This document shows, in pieces, positions 35,223 through 44,004 of a stretch of 64,000 nt of DNA; the stretch's first letter is position 1; the number at the start of each line of letters is the position of its first letter. The stretch is from Vicinamibacterales bacterium. GTDB taxonomy: Bacteria > Acidobacteriota > Vicinamibacteria > Vicinamibacterales > UBA2999. The DNA lies in NCBI GenBank assembly GCA_036802945.1, contig DAIRVG010000001.1:97166-161165 (forward strand), read 5' to 3'. Below the pieces are notes generated by a model. It worked only from the letters and a program-made list of their open reading frames with translations, searched no databases and had not been told where the DNA came from. The position numbers and the translations under genes are program-made.

Positions 35223-36236
35223 GTGAGCGCCCGAGGGATCACCGTTGTGACGGGCGGGGCCGGGTTCATCGGCTCGGAACTGGTTCGCCAGCTGGCGGAG
35301 CGCGGCGCGCGCGTGGTCGTCATCGACAATCTGGTGAACGGGAGGCGCGACAATCTCGCTGGCCTTCCAGCCGATCGGGTCACGCTGCTCGAATACGACA
35401 TCCGCGACCTCGCCGCGTACGCTGCGCTTTTGCGCGAAGCCGACGTGGTCTATCACCTCGCGTGCCTCGGCGTCCGGCACGCTTTGCATTCGCCGATCGA
35501 GAACCACGAGGTGAACGCCGCCGGCACCTTGCGGCTCCTCGGCGCCAGCCGCGGAGCCGGCGTTCCGAAGTTCGTCTACATTTCGAGCTCCGAGGTGTAC
35601 GGCACCGCGCAGTGGGCGCCCTTGAACGAGGATCACCCGACGTTTCCTTGCACCGTGTACGGCGGTTCAAAGCTCGCGGGTGAGGCGTACGCGCGCGCCT
35701 TCCACCGGAGTTACGGATATCCCACGGTGGTAGTGCGTCCGTTCAATACCTACGGGCCACGGAGCCATCACGAAGGGGACAGTGGTGAAGTGATACCGAA
35801 GTTCCTGCTGCGATGCCTGGCGGGGAAGCCGATGGTGATCTTTGGTGACGGCACGCAGACCCGCGACTTTACGTACGTGTCCGACTCGGCGCGCGGCATC
35901 ATCCTCGCGGGCACGGAAGCCGCGGCGATCGGTCGCACGATAAACCTCGGGAGCGGCGCCGAAGTAACCGTCAACAATCTTGCCCGCGCGGTCGCGCAAA
36001 TCGCTGGGCGTGCGGATGCCGAAATCGTCCACGACGAGGGGCGTCCAGGGGACGTGTTGCGGCTGTGCGCCGATATGTCGACAGCTCGCACCCTGCTCGG
36101 CTACGAGGTGCTCGTTCCGCTTGCTGAAGGGCTGTCGCGGCTGCTCGAGTGGTATCGAGCGCAAGGCGTATCACCCGAGGAGCTGTTGCAGGACGAGGTC
36201 GTTCGCAACTGGGATGTGAAGCCGTTAGCGCAGTGA
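35223..36236 (+). CDS. NAD-dependent nucleotide-sugar dehydratase/decarboxylase/epimerase (extended SDR)
   Basis: VVTGGAGFIGSEL, YGGSKLAGE and FGDGTQTRDFTYVSD. GTG start 4 nt after GAGGA. Confidence 0.8.
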   Translation: MSARGITVVTGGAGFIGSELVRQLAERGARVVVIDNLVNGRRDNLAGLPADRVTLLEYDIRDLAAYAALLREADVVYHLACLGVRHALHSPIENHEVNAAGTLRLLGASRGAGVPKFVYISSSEVYGTAQWAPLNEDHPTFPCTVYGGSKLAGEAYARAFHRSYGYPTVVVRPFNTYGPRSHHEGDSGEVIPKFLLRCLAGKPMVIFGDGTQTRDFTYVSDSARGIILAGTEAAAIGRTINLGSGAEVTVNNLARAVAQIAGRADAEIVHDEGRPGDVLRLCADMSTARTLLGYEVLVPLAEGLSRLLEWYRAQGVSPEELLQDEVVRNWDVKPLAQ

Positions 36237-37438
36237 CCGTTCACACGACGATTCCGGTGGCGCGTCCCTGGATGGACGATCGTGAAGCCGAGGCGGCGCG
36301 CCGTGCCATCCTGTCCGGCTGGGTCACGCAAGGGCCAGAGGTTGCCGCCTTCGAGCGCGAGTTTGCCGCCGCGGTCGACGCCGATCACGCGTGTGCCGTC
36401 TCCAGCTGCACGACGGCCCTCCATCTGGCGCTGCTGTCGCTGGGCGTGGGCGCCGGTGACGAGGTCATCACCGTCAGCCACTCGTTCATTGCCACCACGA
36501 ACGCGATCCGTTACTGCGGCGCCACGCCAGTGTTTGTCGACGTCGAGCTGGCGACGTTCAACATCGATCCCGCGCTGGTCGAGGCGGCAATTTCTCCCCG
36601 CACGAAGGCGATCCTGGCCGTTCACCAACTCGGATTGCCGTGCGATCTCGCGGCGCTGATCTCGATCGCGAAGCGTCGCGGAGTGCCGGTTGTCGAGGAC
36701 GCCGCCTGCGCGATCGGCAGCGAGATCAACTGGCAGGGCGAGTGGGAGCGGATCGGCAGGCCGCGCGGCGACGTCGCGTGCTTCTCGTTCCATCCTCGCA
36801 AGCTGCTCTCGACCGGCGACGGCGGCATGCTGACGACGAGCAACCCCGAGCTCGATCGCACATTCCGACTCCTGCGGCAGCACGGCATGAGCGTCCCGGA
36901 TGCCGTTCGGCACGCGTCGGACCAGGTGATCTTCGAGGGGTATCCGGTGGTCGGCTACAACTACCGGATGACGGACATTCAGGGGGCCATAGGCCGCGAA
37001 CAGCTTCAGCGGCTCCCGGCGATCGTGGCAAGGCGACGTGAGCTTGCCGCCCGCTACGAGCAGCGCCTGCGGTCGATCGACGGCATCATCGTCCCGCGCG
37101 AGCCGCAGTGGGCACGCACCAACTGGCAGAGTTATGCGGTGCGCGTCGGCGCGTGGATCGACCAGCGCACCGTGATGCAGCGGATGCTTGATGCCGGCAT
37201 CGCCACCCGCAGGGGCGCTATGAACGTCCACCGGGAAGCGTCGTATCCACCGGGCACCTGGTATTGCGGCGTATCGATCGCTGCCTGTGAATGCGGAGGC
37301 CCTGGCGGCTGCGCCTGCCTGCGCCACGGCGAAGAAGCGCAGGAAACGGCGATCGTCCTGCCGCTCTACCATCAATTGACCGAGGCGGATCAGGATAGGG
37401 TGATCACGACGCTGGAAACGACCATTCGTGGTTTGTGA
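36233..37438 (+). CDS. DegT-family PLP aminotransferase (ArnB/LegC-like)
   Basis: ALHLALLSLGVGAGDEVITVSHSFIAT, EDAACAIG and FSFHPRKLLSTGDGG. The GTG overlaps the upstream TGA. Confidence 0.85.
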   Translation: MTVHTTIPVARPWMDDREAEAARRAILSGWVTQGPEVAAFEREFAAAVDADHACAVSSCTTALHLALLSLGVGAGDEVITVSHSFIATTNAIRYCGATPVFVDVELATFNIDPALVEAAISPRTKAILAVHQLGLPCDLAALISIAKRRGVPVVEDAACAIGSEINWQGEWERIGRPRGDVACFSFHPRKLLSTGDGGMLTTSNPELDRTFRLLRQHGMSVPDAVRHASDQVIFEGYPVVGYNYRMTDIQGAIGREQLQRLPAIVARRRELAARYEQRLRSIDGIIVPREPQWARTNWQSYAVRVGAWIDQRTVMQRMLDAGIATRRGAMNVHREASYPPGTWYCGVSIAACECGGPGGCACLRHGEEAQETAIVLPLYHQLTEADQDRVITTLETTIRGL

Positions 37439-37483
37439 TTCGTGATTGGCGATTCCAATCACCATTCACCGATCGCTAATCGC
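37435..37483. repeat. Intergenic imperfect palindrome built from about 7 heptamers
   Basis: GTGATTC GTGATTG GCGATTC CAATCAC CATTCAC CGATCGC TAATCGC. The core stem is GTGATTGG-cgatt-CCAATCAC at 37442-37462. Confidence 0.75.
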
Positions 37484-37491
37484 TCATCCTC

Positions 37492-38424
37492 ATGCTCTCC
37501 ATCCTGACTCCCGCGTTCAACGAGGCGACCAATCTGCCGGCGCTGTACGCCCGCCTCGTCGAGACGATGGGCGCGATCGGCGGCGAGTGGGAGTGGATCA
37601 TCGTCGATGATCACTCGCGCGACGAAACATTCGCGGTGATCGAAGGCCTCACATTGCGCGATGCGCGTGTGCGCGGGCTCAGGCTTGCACGCAACTCGGG
37701 CTCACACGTCGCGATTACGTGCGGGCTCCATCACGTGGATGGGGCCGCCGCGGTCATGATGGCGGCGGATCTCCAGGACCCGCCGGAGACGCTTACGGCG
37801 ATGCTCGACAAGTGGCGCAGGGGGGCGCAGGTGGTGTGGGCAGTCCGTCGCGCACAGCCGGGCCGGAAGTCGCACGCGGGATTCGCCGCGTTCTACTACT
37901 GGATCATGAGGCACGTGGTCGGCATGAAGGAGATGCCGGCGCGCGGCGCCGACTTCTTCCTCATCGATCGCGCGGTGATCGAGGCGTTCCGCCGATTCCC
38001 GGAGCGCAACGTCAGCGTGCTCGCGCTCATCACGTGGCTCGGCTTCCGCCAGGACTCCGTCGAGTACGACAAACAGCCGCGGGCGGCGGGACAGTCAGGA
38101 TGGACCCTGGCGCGAAAGATCACGCTTGTCATCGATTCAGTGACGTCGTTCTCCGACTTTCCGATCCGGCTCTGTGCGTACGGCGGCGCCTCGCTCATCG
38201 CGATCGCGCTGGTCATCCTGATCGTGTCGCTCATCCTTCTTCCGACCCTGCTCGCAGGTCTGCTGTTCGTGCTGTCGGTGCTCATCGGACTGGCAGGGCT
38301 TCAGCTGCTGGCGCTGGGGATCGTCGGCGAGTACGTGTGGCGCGCGCTCGATGAGGCACGGCGACGCCCAGCGTATCTGATCGAAGCGGTCGCGGGCCAG
38401 CCAGAACCCGCCAAGCTGCAGTAG
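37492..38424 (+). CDS. Polyprenyl-phosphate glycosyltransferase, GT2 (ArnC/GtrB/DPM1 type) with two C-terminal TM helices
   Basis: LSILTPAFNE, IIVDDHSRDET, MAADLQDPPE and a C-terminal LIAIALVILIVSLILL ... LLALGIVGEYVWR. Confidence 0.85.
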   Translation: MLSILTPAFNEATNLPALYARLVETMGAIGGEWEWIIVDDHSRDETFAVIEGLTLRDARVRGLRLARNSGSHVAITCGLHHVDGAAAVMMAADLQDPPETLTAMLDKWRRGAQVVWAVRRAQPGRKSHAGFAAFYYWIMRHVVGMKEMPARGADFFLIDRAVIEAFRRFPERNVSVLALITWLGFRQDSVEYDKQPRAAGQSGWTLARKITLVIDSVTSFSDFPIRLCAYGGASLIAIALVILIVSLILLPTLLAGLLFVLSVLIGLAGLQLLALGIVGEYVWRALDEARRRPAYLIEAVAGQPEPAKLQ

Positions 38425-38547
38425 AATGACGACTTCCGTTCGCCCGCACGGCTGGGCTCGAGCGGGTTTCCCTCAACTTGACGCTCTGACTGGCGACAGG
38501 AGCCGAGGTTTTGCCAAGGTTCGGTCCCTGAGCCCTGAGGCCTGTTT

Positions 38548-39471
38548 TTGATCGACTGTATCGCCGGGTATCACCTGAATCCATGGACGTGCGGCATCGC
38601 GAAGTTCAACGCGATTCTCGCGCGGCGTCTCGATGTGCCCGTCGTCGGGATCGGCACGGTGGACCTGAACGGTTACAAGCGACCACTCTTGTCGCTGAAG
38701 ATGTCCGAGTTCTCGGCGGAACATGCGCTTGCGCTCGATACGTGGATTGATCGTCACGCCGGCGAGTTCGAGCTCTTCCTGCACGCGTTCGACAACAGTG
38801 CGCTCGAGAAGCGGATGCTGGCGGCGGCGGCCAGGGTCTGCTGCGGAAATCGCGAGCTGTCCGAACAGCTGAAGCCGGCGCGTCCCGATATCGTCGAGCT
38901 ATTCTGCCCGGGAACGCTGCTCAATCCAGAGCGTTTCGACAGGACCGAGCTGTCCGTGTTCACCTTCGGCATGGCGCACAAGATTCGCGTGCCCCTCTAT
39001 CGGCGGCTCCGGGATCTGCTGGACGCAACGGGCAAGACCTACTCGGTCTACGTCTCGACGGCGCTTCACGAGAACACGAGCTTTGACGATTCGTTCGTCG
39101 TCCGGTTCGAGGAGCTGCAGTCGATTTTCAACCGGCAGGTATATTTCATGGGCTACCTGTCGGACACGGCGGTCTTCAATCATCTGGTCGACTGCACATT
39201 CGTCGCGGCATTCTTCGAGAAGGGGTTGCGCGCGAACAACACCACGGTTAACGCGGCGATGGAAGTCGGGTGCGCCGTCGTTACGAACCTCGACGATCAC
39301 TCGCCCGAGGGCCTCGTCCACATGAGGAACGTGATCGACATCAACCGGTGCGATCGCCTGCCAGAGGCGGCGGAGGCGGAAACAATTGGCCGCGCGGCGC
39401 GCGAGATCGCGCACGCGGACTACGGGTGGGACCAGCTCGTCGCGCAGCTGCGTCCCGTCGTTCAGATATAG
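38548..39471 (+). CDS. Hypothetical protein, possibly a divergent GT-B (GT4-like) C-terminal fold
   Basis: 307-aa ORF with a TTG start. The block YFMGYLSDTAVFNHLVDCTFVAAFFEKGLRANNTTVNAAMEVGCAVVT resembles a GT-B donor-binding region but lacks a clear EX7E. Codon third positions look less GC-biased than in the neighbours. Confidence 0.45.
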   Translation: MIDCIAGYHLNPWTCGIAKFNAILARRLDVPVVGIGTVDLNGYKRPLLSLKMSEFSAEHALALDTWIDRHAGEFELFLHAFDNSALEKRMLAAAARVCCGNRELSEQLKPARPDIVELFCPGTLLNPERFDRTELSVFTFGMAHKIRVPLYRRLRDLLDATGKTYSVYVSTALHENTSFDDSFVVRFEELQSIFNRQVYFMGYLSDTAVFNHLVDCTFVAAFFEKGLRANNTTVNAAMEVGCAVVTNLDDHSPEGLVHMRNVIDINRCDRLPEAAEAETIGRAAREIAHADYGWDQLVAQLRPVVQI

Positions 39472-39526
39472 GCGGGGCGCAAAGCCCCCGCCCTACATGT
39501 GTAGGGCGCCCCTTTACGGGGGCGCC
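39471..39526 (+). terminator. Three consecutive GC-rich stem-loops (terminator/processing-site candidate, no U-tract)
   Basis: GGCGGGG-cgcaaagc-CCCCGCC, CCTACA-tg-TGTAGG and GGCGCCCC-tttacg-GGGGCGCC. Confidence 0.4.
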
Positions 39527-39542
39527 GTGGGGAGACACGCCA

Positions 39543-40619
39543 TTGGCAGGGACTATCAGAATCGGCACCCACGAGATCGGCGACCACACCAAGTGCTATG
39601 TGATTGCCGAAATCGGCCACAACCACCAGGGCAGCCTCGAGAAGGCCCGAGAGCTGTTCCGCGAGGCGAAGCTGGCCGGCGCCAACGCGGTCAAGCTGCA
39701 GAAGCGCGATAACCGTGGCCTCTACACGCGAGCGGCGTACAACAAGCCGTACGACAACGAAAACAGCTTCGGGTCGACCTACGGCGAGCACCGCGAGTTC
39801 CTCGAGTTCGGCCTCAAGGAGTACCGCGCGCTGCAGGCGTACGCGCGCGAGCTCGATGTCGATTTCTTCTCGACCGCGTTCGATGTCGCCAGCGCCGATT
39901 TCCTGCGGCAGCTGGACGTCCCCGCCTACAAGATCGCGTCCGGCGATCTCAAGAGCACGCCGCTGCTGAAGCATGTCGCGAGGTTTGGCAAGCCGATGGT
40001 CATCTCCACCGGCGGCGCCGTGATCGAGGACGTGCAGCGCGCGTACGACACGATCATGCCAGTCAATCCGCAGCTGGCCATCCTGCAGTGCACCGCCGGG
40101 TATCCGGCAGCGTTCGAGGAGCTCGACCTGCGCGTCATCGACACGTACCGCGCGCGGTTCCCGGGCGCGGCGATCGGCTTCTCCAGCCACGACAACGGCA
40201 TTGCGATGCCGGTGGCCGCTTACATGCTCGGCGCGCGTATTGTCGAGAAACACTTCACGCTGAATCGTGCGATGAAGGGGACCGACCACGCGTTCTCCCT
40301 CGAGCCGGTCGGCTTGCGCAAGATGGTGCGCGACCTCGATCGCACGTACAAGGCGCTTGGCAATGGCATGAAGAAGATTTTCGACAGCGAGAAGGCGCCA
40401 ATCATCAAGATGGGCAAGAGCCTCGTCGTCGCGCGCGATCTTCCGGCCGGCCACGTGATTGGCGCGAATGACATCGTGATGAAGTCGCCCGCTGGCGGCA
40501 TTCCACCGTACGAGTTGAACAAGGTGATCGGCCGCGTGACGCTCAAGCCGCTGATGCAGGACGATTTCCTCACCTTCGAGGTGCTGAGCAAGCCCGACGC
40601 CGAGCTCGCCCGCTCGTGA
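39543..40619 (+). CDS. NeuB-family synthase of the NANS / sugar-phosphate-using type (ulosonate-9-phosphate synthase candidate)
   Basis: YVIAEIGHNHQGS, NKPYDNENSFGSTYGEHREFLEF, KIASGD, FSSHDNG and a C-terminal SAF-like LVVARDLPAGHVIGANDIVMKSP. The only in-frame start after the hairpins is TTG 39543, preceded by GGGGAGA. Confidence 0.8.
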   Translation: MAGTIRIGTHEIGDHTKCYVIAEIGHNHQGSLEKARELFREAKLAGANAVKLQKRDNRGLYTRAAYNKPYDNENSFGSTYGEHREFLEFGLKEYRALQAYARELDVDFFSTAFDVASADFLRQLDVPAYKIASGDLKSTPLLKHVARFGKPMVISTGGAVIEDVQRAYDTIMPVNPQLAILQCTAGYPAAFEELDLRVIDTYRARFPGAAIGFSSHDNGIAMPVAAYMLGARIVEKHFTLNRAMKGTDHAFSLEPVGLRKMVRDLDRTYKALGNGMKKIFDSEKAPIIKMGKSLVVARDLPAGHVIGANDIVMKSPAGGIPPYELNKVIGRVTLKPLMQDDFLTFEVLSKPDAELARS

Positions 40620-41425
40620 GCGGACGCTTCAGCCTCGATCACCAGATCGCAGTCGTCACCGGTGCGTGCGGCAGGCTTGGACCCATATGGGTCGAGGCGC
40701 TGCTCGACGCCGGTGCCCGCGTTGCGGCGCTTGAATTACCGGGCGCCCCGGTCTCGGCGGCGTTCCTCGCGCTCGCGGAACGGTCGCCGCTCACGCTCGA
40801 GCGGTTCGATTGCGACATTACCAGGCGCGAGTCGATTGAACGCGCGGCGGCGGCCGTGGCAAGCCGCATGGGCGCCGCCAGCGTGCTCGTCAACAACGCT
40901 GGCGTCGATCAGCCGCCCGACGCGGGCGGCAATCGATCGATCATCGACGATCTTCCAATCGAACAATTCCGGAAGATGATAGAGGTCAACCTCCTCGGCA
41001 CCTTCCAGGTGACCCAGGTGTTTGGCGGACAGATGGCGGCGCGCGGACACGGCTCGATCATCAACATCGGCTCGCTGTACGCATCGGTGTCGCCCGATCA
41101 GCGGTTCTACGATCACCTGCCCGGGGATGCGCCGTTTCTCAAGTCGCCGGCCTACGGCGCATCGAAGGCGGCGGTGGTCAATATGACGAAATACTTTTCG
41201 ACGCTGTGGGGCCGGCAGGGGATTCGCGTGAACACGTTGTCTCCCGGCGGCGTACTGGGCGGCCAGGACGACCAGTTCAGGTCGAAGTACGGCGCGCGGG
41301 TGCCGCTCGGGCGGATGGCGCAGGCGGACGATCTGAAAGGGCCTCTCGTGTTCCTCGCTTCGCCTGCGTCATCGTACGTCACGGGTCACGAGCTTCGCGT
41401 CGACGGAGGCTTCACGGCGTGGTGA
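40616..41425 (+). CDS. Short-chain dehydrogenase/reductase
   Basis: AVVTGACGRLG, NNAG and YGASKAAV. The GTG overlaps the upstream TGA. Confidence 0.8.
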   Translation: MSGRFSLDHQIAVVTGACGRLGPIWVEALLDAGARVAALELPGAPVSAAFLALAERSPLTLERFDCDITRRESIERAAAAVASRMGAASVLVNNAGVDQPPDAGGNRSIIDDLPIEQFRKMIEVNLLGTFQVTQVFGGQMAARGHGSIINIGSLYASVSPDQRFYDHLPGDAPFLKSPAYGASKAAVVNMTKYFSTLWGRQGIRVNTLSPGGVLGGQDDQFRSKYGARVPLGRMAQADDLKGPLVFLASPASSYVTGHELRVDGGFTAW

Positions 41426-41440
41426 ATCCGAATGTCTGTC

Positions 41441-41486
41441 GGGTTTGCTTGGGTTTTGGGTTTTGGGATTTGGGTTTTGGGGTTTG
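41441..41486 (+). repeat. Tandem TTGGGTT heptamers (x5) with a G-quadruplex-competent motif on the sense strand
   Basis: GGGTTTGCTTGGGTTTTGGGTTTTGGGATTTGGGTTTTGGGG holds six G3+ tracts with 4-7-nt loops. It ends 4 nt before the ALDH ATG. Confidence 0.85.
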
Positions 41487-41489
41487 ACG

Positions 41490-42995
41490 ATGATCACGAC
41501 TTCAGCGTCAAGGAGTAGCTCGATCGACCTGTCGTCCATCCCAGCCACAATCTCGAATCAGATCGGTAGCGACGAGATGCCGTCTGTGGACGGACGCACG
41601 TTCCGCAAGATGGATCCGGCGACCGGCCGAGCGCTGTGCGAGGTTGCGCGATCCACCGCCGCGGACGTGGAGCTCGCGGTCACGAAGGCGAAGGCGGCGC
41701 AGCCGGCGTGGGCCGCGCTGACGGTGGTCAAGCGCGGAGACATCCTGCGGCAGATTGCGCTGCTGATGCGCGAGCACCGCGACGCGATCGCGGCGCTCGT
41801 CGCAATGGAAACCGGCAAGTCCAGAAAGGACGCGCTGGGTGAGACCGACGCCGCGATCGAGATGGGCTTCTTTGTCGCCGGCGAAGGCCGCCGCTTCTAC
41901 GGCCAGACGACAACCAGCGCGGTGCCGAACAAGTCCGCAATGGTTGTTCGCCAGCCGCTTGGCGTCGCGGGCCTCATCATTGCGGCGAACACGCCGATCG
42001 CCAATGTGGCCTGGAAGGCGTTCCCCGCCCTGCTGTGCGGCAATGCGGCGATTCTGAAGGCGGCCGAGGATACGCCGCTCTCAGCGTGGGCGTTCGGGAT
42101 CCTCGCGCGCGAGGCAGGGGTTCCCGACGGCGTCTACACGACGCTTCACGGATTCGGTGAGGAGGCGGGTGCGCCGCTCGTCCAGCATCCCGAGGTGTCG
42201 GTCATCAGCTTCACCGGCTCGTGCGAGGTCGGCCGCTGGATCGCCGAGACTGCGGGCCGTCGGCTTGCGAAGGTCTGCCTCGAGCTCGGCGGCAAGAATC
42301 CGTTGATTGTTTGTGATGATGCGGATTTGCAGAATGCCGTGACGTGGACCGTGGGATCGGCGTTCAGCAACGCCGGTCAGCGGTGCGCGGCCGGGAGTCG
42401 CATCATCGTGTTCGACGCCGTGTACGACCAGTTCAAGTCGATGCTCGTCGAAGCCACCAGGAAGCTGAAGGTGGGGACGGGCGACACCGATGACTACGGA
42501 CCGGTCATCAACCAGGAGCAGATGACCAACATGCTTGCGGCCGTGGAGCGCGCGAAGCAGTCGGGGGCGGCAGTGCTCACCGGCGGCGAGCGGTTGACGG
42601 GCACGAGCTACGGGGACGGCTACTTCGTCGCGCCGACAATCGTGGAGCATGTCGGGCCGAACGATGACATCACGCGCAGCGAGCTGTTCGGGCCGATCAC
42701 CTGTCTCTACCGGGTCAAGGATTTCGAGGAGGCGATTACGCTGGCCAACGACTCGCCCTTCGGCCTGACGGCCTCGATTCACACGCAGAACATCAACCGG
42801 GCCATGACGTTCATCGGCCGGATCCAGTCGGGCGTGGCTGTCGTGAATGGCGGTACCTATGGCAGCGAACCACACCTGCCGTTCGGCGGCCTTCGTCACT
42901 CGGGCAACGGCTGGCGCGAGGCGGGGACGCAGGCGCTCGACGTGTACTCGGATCTCAAGACCGTTTACATCAATCACAATCCGCAGGCTGTATGA
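41490..42995 (+). CDS. NAD(P)-dependent aldehyde dehydrogenase
   Basis: FTGSCEVGRWI, ELGGKNPLIV and NAGQRCAAGSRIIV. ATG 41490 is preferred because the 41445 start would translate the repeat. Confidence 0.85.
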   Translation: MITTSASRSSSIDLSSIPATISNQIGSDEMPSVDGRTFRKMDPATGRALCEVARSTAADVELAVTKAKAAQPAWAALTVVKRGDILRQIALLMREHRDAIAALVAMETGKSRKDALGETDAAIEMGFFVAGEGRRFYGQTTTSAVPNKSAMVVRQPLGVAGLIIAANTPIANVAWKAFPALLCGNAAILKAAEDTPLSAWAFGILAREAGVPDGVYTTLHGFGEEAGAPLVQHPEVSVISFTGSCEVGRWIAETAGRRLAKVCLELGGKNPLIVCDDADLQNAVTWTVGSAFSNAGQRCAAGSRIIVFDAVYDQFKSMLVEATRKLKVGTGDTDDYGPVINQEQMTNMLAAVERAKQSGAAVLTGGERLTGTSYGDGYFVAPTIVEHVGPNDDITRSELFGPITCLYRVKDFEEAITLANDSPFGLTASIHTQNINRAMTFIGRIQSGVAVVNGGTYGSEPHLPFGGLRHSGNGWREAGTQALDVYSDLKTVYINHNPQAV

Positions 42996-43028
42996 CGCCT
43001 TCACACTTCGTGGTTCTCGCTTCTCTGT

Positions 43029-43116
43029 GTGTTCATGTTCGGTTCAGCGTTCGCGGTTCCTGGTTCCGCGTTCGCTTCGAACAATGAACGTCGAACCGCG
43101 AACCGAACATGAACAC
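43029..43116. repeat. Intergenic long imperfect hairpin built from GGTTC-type heptamers
   Basis: GTGTTCATGTTCGGTTC (43029-43045) is exactly complementary to GAACCGAACATGAACAC (43100-43116). Additional GCGGTTC/GAACCGC pairs lie inside. Confidence 0.8.
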
Positions 43117-43140
43117 GAACTGAGCACGTAGAAGGCAGAA

Positions 43141-43914
43141 GTGCGAACACCACGATCTCCGAGCGCCGTCGCCCTTGTCCCCGCACGACGAGGTTCCAAG
43201 CGGATCCCCGGAAAGAACGTCCGTCTGCTGCAAGGTCATCCGATGCTGGCGTACACGATCGCGCCAGCCATCGAGAGCGGCGTGTTCGACGCAGTGATAG
43301 TGTCAACCGACTCCGACGAGACCGCGGCGATCGCGCGCCACTATGGCGCCGAAGTGCCGTTTCTGAGGCCGGAGGAGTTTGCAGGCGACAGGTCGCCGGA
43401 CATCGAGTGGGTGCAGTACACGCTCGGAGAGCTGAAGCGCCGAGGCCGCAGCTGGGATTGTTTCTCGCTGCTCCGACCGACGAGTCCGTTTCGCACCGCG
43501 GACACGATCCGCCGGGCTTGGGAACGCTTTACGGCGCAGGACAGCGTGGATTCGCTGCGCGCCGTCGAGAAATGCGGGCAGCATCCCGCCAAGATGTGGG
43601 TTGTGCAGGGCGATCGGATGGTTCCACTGCTACAGCCGTCGGATCCGGCCGCGCCGCCGTGGCACAGCATGCCGTACCAGGCGCTGCCGCCGATTTATGT
43701 GCAGAATGCGTCACTGGAGATCGCTTGGACGCGTGTCGTCTCGGAGAAACGGACGATCGCCGGCGACGTGCTGGTGCCGTTCATCACGCAAGGCTACGAG
43801 GGGTTCGATGTCAACGACCCGCACGACTGGATGATTGCCGAGCGCCTGCTCGTGGATGGCACGGTCACGTTACCGCGCGTCGCGCAGGAGCCGTACGGCG
43901 CGGTGCGAGCGTGA
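43141..43914 (+). CDS. NeuA/KdsB-family cytidylyltransferase, copy 3
   Basis: ALVPARRGSKRIPGKN and LLRPTSPFR. GTG start. Confidence 0.8.
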   Translation: MRTPRSPSAVALVPARRGSKRIPGKNVRLLQGHPMLAYTIAPAIESGVFDAVIVSTDSDETAAIARHYGAEVPFLRPEEFAGDRSPDIEWVQYTLGELKRRGRSWDCFSLLRPTSPFRTADTIRRAWERFTAQDSVDSLRAVEKCGQHPAKMWVVQGDRMVPLLQPSDPAAPPWHSMPYQALPPIYVQNASLEIAWTRVVSEKRTIAGDVLVPFITQGYEGFDVNDPHDWMIAERLLVDGTVTLPRVAQEPYGAVRA

Positions 43915-43995
43915 CAACTCCCAACCTCCAACGCCCAACTCCCAAGAAGCCTCGCTTCGGGGCCTTGGGAGTTGGGATTTGGGTCTTGGGAATTG
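43915..43995. repeat. Intergenic hairpin with 4+4 heptamer arms; the G-rich arm is G4-competent
   Basis: CAACTCC CAACCTC CAACGCC CAACTCC CAAG, a 17-nt loop, then CTTG GGAGTTG GGATTTG GGTCTTG GGAATTG. Confidence 0.85.
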
Positions 43996-44004
43996 AATTG
44001 ACGA

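Noticed and set aside
41441-41486. Telomere-like TTGGGTT repeats as a replicon end or eukaryotic contamination
   Set aside because: The tract is only ~45 nt, lies between two translationally ordered bacterial genes, and is flanked by normal high-GC coding sequence on both sides.
41445-41489. Starts that read through repeat elements: ALDH at 41445 (MLGFWVLGFGFWGL), GT4 at 50252 (MHFAFCIL) and family B at 20960 (MSPWPVA)
   Set aside because: The extra residues are simply translated heptamer or octamer repeats. Downstream starts at 41490, 50273 and 20981 avoid the elements. The 50273 TTG remains uncertain.
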